A DNA stretch of 32,000 nt from Clostridia bacterium (GTDB lineage: Bacteria > Bacillota > Clostridia > TANB77 > CAG-465): contig JAFXHJ010000001.1 in NCBI GenBank assembly GCA_017536445.1, positions 34,300-66,299 on the forward strand, in the 5' to 3' direction. The stretch's first letter is position 1. Each line of letters starts with the position of its first letter. The translations under genes were made by a program, and so were the position numbers. The notes under the pieces were generated by a model. That model was not told the DNA's origin, searched no databases, and saw nothing but the letters and a program-made list of their open reading frames with translations. Positions 25,577 through 32,000 of the stretch are shown here, piece after piece.

Positions 25577-26806
25577 ATGAACAAAAGATTAGGTAAAGAA
25601 GCTAAAAAATTGCTTTTTGGCGATTTAATATACATTTTAACAGGAGTGTTTATTAATACGTTTTTAGTAGCATATTTTTTGCAGGTGACAGATGATAACA
25701 TATCTAAAATAGCATTATACTATTTAACGGTACATGCTATAAGGTTTATAGGGTCACTAGCAATAGGTGAACCTATAAAAAAACATCCAGATATAATAAA
25801 ATTAGTATTATCATTAAGTGTTATAACAAGAGCAATATTTATACTTTTTATAGTAGTGCTAAAAGAAGAAATAGTAAGAAACTATATATGGGTAGCAAGT
25901 ATATATGCATTATCTGAAGTGCTATACTGGTCAACGCATGAGATGATGTATATTGGCCTTACAAATAACGATAATAGAAAACAATTTGTATCTATTAAGA
26001 AGGTATTAGATAAGGTAATAAACATAGTAGCACCGGTAGTACTTGGAACATCTATAGAACTAGCATCATTTAATGAAATAGCTATTTATGTATTTTGTTT
26101 AGCAGTAATAGAAATAGCAATTACATTATCTATAAAACAGCCAAAGCTAAGTAAAACAAATAAAATATATAATATGGAAGCGTTTAAATGGAAGATTAAC
26201 GAAGAAAAGTTAGAAGGAACAAAGAATTTTGCTAGAGCAGGCGTTGCTTACGGAATATTTGAAAAGACAATAAGTAAGATTATTATTGTAATAACTCTTA
26301 TGACATTTAAAACGGAAATGAGTTTAGGTATACTTACAACAGTATTTTCATTATGTTCTATGTTAGCGATTTTAATATATAACAAACTAGATACTAAAAA
26401 GACATACAAGTCTATATTCAATATTCTTTCTATAGCAATAATATTTAGCGTAATTGGATTATTCTTAGACATAAATAAAATAACACTTATAATATTTAAT
26501 TTTTGCTATATGGTTGGTTTTGGAATATATGATGTTGTATATAACATAAAGAAAGCAAATATAGTAGTAGATGAAGGATTAGAGGAATATAAAGAGGAAT
26601 ATCTTGCGTATGTTACAGCATCGATATCTTGTGGAAGATTCATAGGGTATAGCATGATGCTAGTTGCAGGAGTATTAAATAGTTTATTGTTCTTTAAGTT
26701 ACTTTTAGTAGTAACAACAATAGCAATCCCTATATTTACTAGGTATTTAATAAAACTAGAACAAAATAGTAAAGTGAAGGAATTAAGTTGGATGAAGAAA
26801 ACATAA
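25577..26806 (+). CDS. polytopic membrane protein (MFS-like transporter, uncertain)
   Basis: 409 aa with ~10-12 hydrophobic helices in two halves separated by a basic loop. No diagnostic motif recognised. Confidence 0.6.
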   Translation: MNKRLGKEAKKLLFGDLIYILTGVFINTFLVAYFLQVTDDNISKIALYYLTVHAIRFIGSLAIGEPIKKHPDIIKLVLSLSVITRAIFILFIVVLKEEIVRNYIWVASIYALSEVLYWSTHEMMYIGLTNNDNRKQFVSIKKVLDKVINIVAPVVLGTSIELASFNEIAIYVFCLAVIEIAITLSIKQPKLSKTNKIYNMEAFKWKINEEKLEGTKNFARAGVAYGIFEKTISKIIIVITLMTFKTEMSLGILTTVFSLCSMLAILIYNKLDTKKTYKSIFNILSIAIIFSVIGLFLDINKITLIIFNFCYMVGFGIYDVVYNIKKANIVVDEGLEEYKEEYLAYVTASISCGRFIGYSMMLVAGVLNSLLFFKLLLVVTTIAIPIFTRYLIKLEQNSKVKELSWMKKT

Positions 26807-26814
26807 AACTTGAT

Positions 26815-26855
26815 ATAACGCAGTAATTATGATATAATTACTGCGTTATTTAATA
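26815..26855 (+). terminator. rho-independent terminator
   Basis: Perfect 16-bp stem ATAACGCAGTAATTAT / ATAATTACTGCGTTAT, loop GAT, then a T/A-rich tail. Confidence 0.7.
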
Positions 26856-26886
26856 TATTTTCATCAATAATTTGAAGGAGGATAAA

Positions 26887-27705
26887 ATGATAAGAGTTAG
26901 CGGTCAAAGCTATAACAATGGTATTAAATTTATAGGTGAAAAGTATAGTGTAAATTTCCGTGATGAACATGGAAAAACGACAATTTCAGTATCACAAAAT
27001 GTCTTAAAAGACACAAACAAAGTTATGCGGTTTCTTGGAAAACTACCAATTGTAAGAGGTTTCTTAAATGTTATATGCAAGAATTATTTTTTGCTTGCTA
27101 TAATAATAGCAGATGTTGTTATGAATTTAATAACAATAGGAGAAGAAAGTACATTAAGCGATAAGGCGGTTATGCTTCTTGGAATTTTATCTCTTTGTAC
27201 GTTTATAACAACAGTTGCCCTGTGTTTATATATGATGTCCAGAATTTTTATGAAAATGAAGAACACTTGGATGTACCATGGTGCAGAACATATGGTAATT
27301 GAAACGAATTATAAGGACAAGGAAATAAACCTTGAAAATTGTAGGAATTCACCTAGAGTGAGTGACAATTGCGGCACGATGCTTGTAAGCTTGATGATAT
27401 TTGTAGGAATAGTTTTAAATGTGCTTCAAATAATACTTAAAGTACAGTTTTGGAGTTCGATAGAACTTATTCTTATGATAACAATAGCTTATGAACTTTT
27501 CAGAATGAAGAGGACAAACATTTTGCTTAAACCTGCATTCAAGCTTGGATATTTTCTTCAAGAGAAACTTTTTACCAAAGAACCGAATGATCATCAATTA
27601 GCTCAGGCAATGCTTACTTTCTCTATACTTGAAGGTCTTGAAACTGGTGAACTCACAGTAGAAGATGTAAATGAAGTATTGGAAGAGGCAAAGCTTGCAG
27701 GCTAA
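26887..27705 (+). CDS. DUF1385-family membrane protein
   Basis: ATG 26887 follows GAAGGAGG. YHGAEHMVIETNYKDKEINLENCRNSPRVSDNCGTML matches the DUF1385 signature (YHGAEHK.I...E....L..EN.....R.H.RCGT.F). TM helices flank it. Confidence 0.7.
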   Translation: MIRVSGQSYNNGIKFIGEKYSVNFRDEHGKTTISVSQNVLKDTNKVMRFLGKLPIVRGFLNVICKNYFLLAIIIADVVMNLITIGEESTLSDKAVMLLGILSLCTFITTVALCLYMMSRIFMKMKNTWMYHGAEHMVIETNYKDKEINLENCRNSPRVSDNCGTMLVSLMIFVGIVLNVLQIILKVQFWSSIELILMITIAYELFRMKRTNILLKPAFKLGYFLQEKLFTKEPNDHQLAQAMLTFSILEGLETGELTVEDVNEVLEEAKLAG

Positions 27706-27708
27706 TAC

Positions 27709-27738
27709 AAAAAGGCTAGTTTTTACTAGCCTTTTTTT
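27709..27738 (+). terminator. rho-independent terminator
   Basis: AAAGGCTAGT / ACTAGCCTTT stem, loop TTTT, then a T-run. Confidence 0.8.
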
Positions 27739-27753
27739 GTATTTATTAATTAG

Positions 27754-27782
27754 TTGAAAATTATGTTAATCTATGGTATAAT
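27754..27782 (+). promoter_or_regulatory. sigma-A-type promoter with extended -10 for the MBL operon
   Basis: TTGAAA (27754-27759), 17 nt spacer, TGG-TATAAT (27774-27782). Confidence 0.55.
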
Positions 27783-27863
27783 CTGTAACTAGATTTAGGG
27801 TTTAGATATTCTTAAATTTAGGAATGTGATGGCAAAAATTAATAAAATAAAAGGAGAAGTATT

Positions 27864-28556
27864 ATGGTACTTAATTTTTTAGGAAGTGGTTCTGGTTTTG
27901 CAGATAATCACACCTCGGCGTATTTCACTACAAATGACAAGGAACTTGTCATTATTGATTGCCCGGTATCTGCTTTTCAAAAGTTGAAACGGATGAAACT
28001 TGGTGATTATGAACAAATCTATGTTTTCGTAACACATACTCATGGCGACCATGTTGGAGGACTTGGACTTTTTGCTCAGTATGTATTCTTTGTTTTGAAA
28101 AAGAAGCTTACAATCGTGGCGCCTTCTTCTGATGTGTTCGAAGATATTTTGACCATCATGAAAATTGAGGGCAACGACTCTGAGTGGTACAACTTGGAAC
28201 ACGTATTGAATCTTGCGGAGAAACCTTGGCTTAAAGGTTGCATTCCTACAGTTCATTCGCCGCAACTTGAAAGAAAATGTTTTGGATACAAGTTCTTCGC
28301 AAATGGCGAGACCATTATATATACCGGAGATACAGCTACGCTTAAGCACTTCCTTGAACGAATGGAAGATGTTAAGGAACTTTATGTAGATACTTCGGTA
28401 TATTACGGAATGATTCACCTTAAGCTTGAAGATGCATTGCCGAAATTTCTTGAACTTAACCAAAGTGGAGTAGAGGTATTCCTTATGCACTTAGACGATG
28501 CTAATGCCGCTGAAAAAATGGTTGCAAATTATCCGAAAATTAATGTTGTAAGATAA
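27864..28556 (+). CDS. MBL-fold metallo-hydrolase
   Basis: 230 aa: LGSGSG near the N-terminus, HxHxDH motif VTHTHGDHVGG, and a later YTGDT / H motif pattern. Confidence 0.85.
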   Translation: MVLNFLGSGSGFADNHTSAYFTTNDKELVIIDCPVSAFQKLKRMKLGDYEQIYVFVTHTHGDHVGGLGLFAQYVFFVLKKKLTIVAPSSDVFEDILTIMKIEGNDSEWYNLEHVLNLAEKPWLKGCIPTVHSPQLERKCFGYKFFANGETIIYTGDTATLKHFLERMEDVKELYVDTSVYYGMIHLKLEDALPKFLELNQSGVEVFLMHLDDANAAEKMVANYPKINVVR

Positions 28557-28572
28557 GATTTGAGGAGGAAAT

Positions 28573-29622
28573 ATGATTTGTTTTGAAAGAAAAAAGATTG
28601 AGTCTTGGAGTACACCTAACGGTTGTATGGGACATATAACCTTGGAACGGTTAGCTAAACCCGAGACAGTCAAAGTTATGCTAAATGGTGAGGAAATAAT
28701 TCCTATATCATTTAATGCATTTGGACATCCTAACTTTAGCGAAGAGCAAGATATGCTCTTTATGTTTAAAAAGGAAGCATTAAGTAGAGCAGCTGGCAAA
28801 CATGTGAGTCTGGAAGCTGATGTTACATACGAAGAAAGGGTATTTGATGTACCTAGAGCATCTTTTGATACCAAAGAAGGCATTAATAAATCTATTACTA
28901 GCCTTAAGGGATTAAGAGAACTCTTGAACAACAGAAGTATGTACTTGAAGGTACATCCAAAAGAAAGACTTAATGAGTTTGTCATTTTCAATTGCTTTTG
29001 GCTTGATCAATTTGCTCAGGTAATGTCGCTTGAAAATCCGGAAAATACAGTTGGGATTAAGCTGCCGGATGTAGTAGATATGGACATTTTTAGGCGGTAT
29101 AATTCTAATTTGTCATTCTCTACTGGCGGCAGAGCTATTCCTACAGAAGATGCAGTATGTCCTTGCTGTGGAAAAGCTTTTACACTTGAAGATGTAAAGA
29201 GGAATACTGCGGTCTATGTAGAAGGTAAGTATTATCACAGAGAATGCAGATTAAATTACGAGCATCTCCATGAAATAGATAGACTTACACGAATTCTTAT
29301 GGACATTGTTTATGACTATAAGGATTACACATTTGATCTCTTACCGAATGGGTACTGCAGTAGAGGCTGCTGTAATCATCTTCCATGGCTTCTGTGTCAT
29401 ACGCCAGACGGCGATATTATCATCGGCTGGAGAAAAAGAGTAATTTCTATTGAATGGCAAGAAAACTATAAGCCTTTTGATATGAATGAACTTTTTGCGG
29501 ATGAGAATGTTACCAAGTGGATTGAAACAAATAAATGTGGTATCCATGCTTGGGGCAGAGAAAAAGCTTATGAGTATCTTAAGAAAGTGCGTGAAAAGGT
29601 CAATCCTGATTACAAAAAGTAA
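28573..29622 (+). CDS. hypothetical protein with Cys/His-rich C-terminal half
   Basis: 349 aa, 16 nt after the MBL gene with a GAGGAGG SD. Cys/His clusters: CPCCGKAF...YHRECRLNYEHLHE...CSRGCCNH..LCH...CGIH. No family recognised. Confidence 0.75.
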   Translation: MICFERKKIESWSTPNGCMGHITLERLAKPETVKVMLNGEEIIPISFNAFGHPNFSEEQDMLFMFKKEALSRAAGKHVSLEADVTYEERVFDVPRASFDTKEGINKSITSLKGLRELLNNRSMYLKVHPKERLNEFVIFNCFWLDQFAQVMSLENPENTVGIKLPDVVDMDIFRRYNSNLSFSTGGRAIPTEDAVCPCCGKAFTLEDVKRNTAVYVEGKYYHRECRLNYEHLHEIDRLTRILMDIVYDYKDYTFDLLPNGYCSRGCCNHLPWLLCHTPDGDIIIGWRKRVISIEWQENYKPFDMNELFADENVTKWIETNKCGIHAWGREKAYEYLKKVREKVNPDYKK

Positions 29623-29637
29623 TAACAAAAATAAAAC

Positions 29638-29671
29638 AAAACACCTTGAGAATTTTCTCAAGGTGTTTTTG
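29638..29671. terminator. bidirectional terminator between convergent operons
   Basis: ACACCTTGAGA / TCTCAAGGTGT stem, flanked by an A-run (5') and a T-run (3'). Confidence 0.8.
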
Positions 29672-29700
29672 TGTGCTGGTAGTATTACAAAAATCAAACG

Positions 29701-30018
29701 TTAGAATCCAAGCTTCTTTTTGAATTCAGCGCGAATCTTCTTTTCGACTTTTTCAGTTACTTCTGCAGTAACTTCTTTTTCGATTTCGCTTCGCATGGTA
29801 GAAACAACTTCTGCTTTAATCTCAGCACGCATTTCAGCCTCTTTTTTCTTAAGCTCTGCTTCAATGTTTTTCTCGTACTGAAGAAGTCTTTTTCTTAAAC
29901 GATCGTTTTCGTCTTCCAAGCGTTTGTTCTCTCTTTCAAGAGAAGGGCTAGAATCACAGTTGCAATTGCAATTACATGCACTGCAAGCGCCACAGTTAGA
30001 GCCATCACAACTAGGCAT
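29701..30018 (-). CDS. Cys-rich N-terminus / charged coiled-coil protein (candidate radical-SAM substrate)
   Basis: 105 aa. AAAGGAGGA lies 8 nt upstream of the ATG, and the start overlaps the rSAM gene's 3' end by 8 nt. Sequence: MPSCDGSNCGACSACNCNCNCD (7 Cys in residues 4-21) followed by an E/K/A-rich helix. Confidence 0.75.
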   Translation of the reverse strand: MPSCDGSNCGACSACNCNCNCDSSPSLERENKRLEDENDRLRKRLLQYEKNIEAELKKKEAEMRAEIKAEVVSTMRSEIEKEVTAEVTEKVEKKIRAEFKKKLGF

Positions 30019-31033
30019 TATTTTGTCCTCCTTTATGGTAAAGAATTTTTTTGATCATATACAAGATAACAGCTTTCATAATGTCGCAAGTAAAGTTTTT
30101 ATTGATTTCTTTATTGTGCATTTTGCAACCGCCACCACATATATCTGCAATTGAACAATCCTTACACTTTTCAGGCAAAGTGTAGTTGTATCCGATTTTG
30201 TAAGCTTTTTGATCTTTCATTGCCTGTACGATGTTATCGCAAGTATAAATGTTGCAAATAGGATCATCGTTTACGAGTGTTTGACAAGGGAAAACATTAC
30301 CATCTACATCAATGGTTATAAGTTTTTCTCCAGCAGTACAGCCATCGTAGTTACTGTCAATTTTGATGTTGTTGAACTTGAAACGATGATAGATATCATA
30401 TCCGGAATTGGATAAAACATCTATAACCTCTTGCATCTTATCTAAGATAATCTTAGAATCGATTTCGCCGCAGAAGAAATGGTCAAGATAAACACCCCAG
30501 CCAAGATTTCTTTTTGCGACCCATTCAGCCAAAACATCTACATCGCCAAAACTCTTTTCATCTACAACAGTAGAAATATCAATGTTATTGATGCCTATTT
30601 TAAGCAACTTGTCTACATTGGCTTTAACGATTTCGGCAGAACTTTTTCCGTTAATAAAAGGCTTGGAATAAGAATAACCATCTAAGGAAATTCCAAAGCC
30701 AATTTTATCTTTGTATTTAGTAAAGAATTCAAGCATTTCATCCGTTAAAATGGTAAGGTTAGTAATAATGCTAACGAAACCTTTAGAACCGCATTTGTTT
30801 AAGAATTCTTGGACGAACTCTTTCCAATCATGAAAAACAAGAGTAGGTTCGCCGCCAGCTAAACGATATACAACAAAATCCAGTTCACCGGTGTCGAGCA
30901 TATGTAGAAATCTGCTGTTTATTTTGTCGTAGGTTTGCCTAGACATTTTTTTGTCGTTCCACTTGACATAGCAGTATGGACATCGAAGGTTGCATTGGTT
31001 AGTGGTAAATATCCACGGGGACATATACTTCAT
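30011..31033 (-). CDS. radical SAM / SPASM-domain peptide-modifying enzyme
   Basis: 340 aa: CNLRCPYC (CxxxCxxC), GGEPTL, and SPASM elements C-x12-G-x4-C (CTAGEKLITIDVDGNVFPC), CKDCSIADICGGGC and a trailing C. Confidence 0.9.
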   Translation of the reverse strand: MKYMSPWIFTTNQCNLRCPYCYVKWNDKKMSRQTYDKINSRFLHMLDTGELDFVVYRLAGGEPTLVFHDWKEFVQEFLNKCGSKGFVSIITNLTILTDEMLEFFTKYKDKIGFGISLDGYSYSKPFINGKSSAEIVKANVDKLLKIGINNIDISTVVDEKSFGDVDVLAEWVAKRNLGWGVYLDHFFCGEIDSKIILDKMQEVIDVLSNSGYDIYHRFKFNNIKIDSNYDGCTAGEKLITIDVDGNVFPCQTLVNDDPICNIYTCDNIVQAMKDQKAYKIGYNYTLPEKCKDCSIADICGGGCKMHNKEINKNFTCDIMKAVILYMIKKILYHKGGQNNA

Positions 31034-31046
31034 TTTGTAATCCTCC

Positions 31047-31265
31047 TTAATATCCTTTTACGATAGTTTCAAGCATAACATAGTAGTCGGTTCTATCGTA
31101 GGAATCATCCTTACCTACAACTTTTACGCCAAACATGCCGCGAATAAATGCGGCTTTTTCTGCCACGTTTTTGATTCTTGTGGTTTCTTCAATAAGTTCG
31201 TCTGCCTTTTCTGCACTAGGTGCAGTTTCAATTAATAGTTTGAGTTGCTCATGGGTTAAGTTCAT
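31047..31265 (-). CDS. small soluble protein, paralogue of the upstream membrane protein's C-terminal domain
   Basis: 72 aa after an AAGGAGA SD, with an ATGA overlap to the upstream gene. It aligns without gaps to residues ~165-230 of the 31262-31954 product (L..E.L..LI.TAP...A..IE..T.I....EK...I). Confidence 0.7.
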   Translation of the reverse strand: MNLTHEQLKLLIETAPSAEKADELIEETTRIKNVAEKAAFIRGMFGVKVVGKDDSYDRTDYYVMLETIVKGY

Positions 31266-31954
31266 TGTGTATTCTCCTTAATAGTATTTTTTGACATGAC
31301 TTGCTGTAAGATATCCATATAAATTTCTTCCTCGTCATTGAGAGAAACTTTTATAAGGGATTCTTTATAAAGTTTTTTGATTAAAAGATACTTCTCGCGT
31401 GTATCTGTTATACCTGTAACAGATTCAATAATATGATTTGCAATATCTGTGTTTGGTGCGGTAGAAATTAAGTGCATAAGTTCTTCTGAACTCAAGATTT
31501 CCGCCATATCTCCAGAAACAAATGTAGCTTTCTTTTTTTCTCTAGCACGCGCTAATCTAATTCTTCTTCCATCAAAGTTTGCGACAGTAATAATTATAAT
31601 GCTTATACCAATGTTTGTTATGTGTATCCAAAATAAAGGTAAAGCGATTCTACCACCGGTAGCAATTAATAGTGATGAACCAAAGAGCAACGCGTTAAAG
31701 ACAACAAGATTCTGGATTCTTATTAACATCTTCATATACTTTTCCATTGTTTTGTCTTCCTGTTCATCATATTGATTTCCAAGAAAAAGAGTCAAAACAT
31801 AATACATAGCAAAGTACAGTAGACCAACGAAAATACCAGACATTATAGATAGAAAAAGCATTTTTTCAGTCCGGACAAAGTAGTTACAAAATGTGCCATA
31901 GATGATTCCAAATATGCCAAATACAAGGGCCGTAATATAGTATCGTTTTTTCAT
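31262..31954 (-). CDS. 4-TM membrane protein with soluble C-terminal domain
   Basis: ATG 31954 follows AAAGGA (the track's TTG 31969 is less likely). Four hydrophobic helices, a basic RRIRLARAREKKK stop-transfer segment, then a ~85-aa soluble tail. Confidence 0.75.
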   Translation of the reverse strand: MKKRYYITALVFGIFGIIYGTFCNYFVRTEKMLFLSIMSGIFVGLLYFAMYYVLTLFLGNQYDEQEDKTMEKYMKMLIRIQNLVVFNALLFGSSLLIATGGRIALPLFWIHITNIGISIIIITVANFDGRRIRLARAREKKKATFVSGDMAEILSSEELMHLISTAPNTDIANHIIESVTGITDTREKYLLIKKLYKESLIKVSLNDEEEIYMDILQQVMSKNTIKENTQ

Positions 31955-32000
31955 ATGTAATCCTTTCAAAAATTATTTTTTCAGTATATTAAATTAACAT

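Noticed and set aside
27829-27882. 17-aa upstream ORF (MAKINKIKGEVLWYLIF) overlapping the MBL gene start
   Set aside because: The SD is weak and poorly spaced, the sequence is very short and AT-rich, and the ORF could easily arise by chance. I have no conservation evidence.
27879-28991. Two long antisense ORFs (203 aa at 27879-28490 and 166 aa at 28491-28991, minus strand) opposite the MBL and 349-aa genes
   Set aside because: The plus-strand products carry clear motifs (HTHGDH) and SD sites. The antisense products are low-complexity and basic, have no SD and lie fully within the sense genes. These look like shadow ORFs.

Overview
Low-GC Bacillota (Clostridia-like) chromosomal segment, annotated by eye from the sequence and ORF track; no searches were run. 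Nt 1-20038 is the S10-spc-alpha ribosomal-protein superoperon (partial rplC through rplQ, including secY, adk, map, infA, rpmJ and rpoA). It is atypical in several ways. rpmD (L30) is absent, L23, L29 and L17 carry lineage-specific extensions, and map is split by a 1-nt frameshift. Two self-contained accessory modules, each with its own promoter and terminator, sit in junctions that are normally contiguous. At secY|adk there is a TM-anchored 508-aa protein plus a DUF4190-like membrane protein. At map|infA there is a split HipA-like kinase (kinase-core gene followed by a separate HipA-N-subdomain, HipS-like gene) plus a pilin-like/Big_2 surface protein. Nt 20040-20744 is a ~0.6 kb region with no convincing gene. 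It is bounded by a promoter and a terminator, is rich in hairpins and contains 38-nt tandem repeats, so it is a candidate large ncRNA. Housekeeping genes follow: tmcAL, an RNase HI-GNAT fusion, spoIIM, xerD, truA, a polytopic membrane protein and a DUF1385 protein. From about 27.8 kb to the window end the composition and codon usage shift towards more GC and the content becomes accessory. An MBL-fold hydrolase plus a Cys/His-rich unknown protein form an operon that converges on a four-gene radical-SAM/SPASM operon. The best substrate candidate there is a 105-aa protein with seven Cys in its first 21 residues followed by a long charged helix. This is my best candidate for an undescribed peptide/protein-modification system, and the split HipA module is second.
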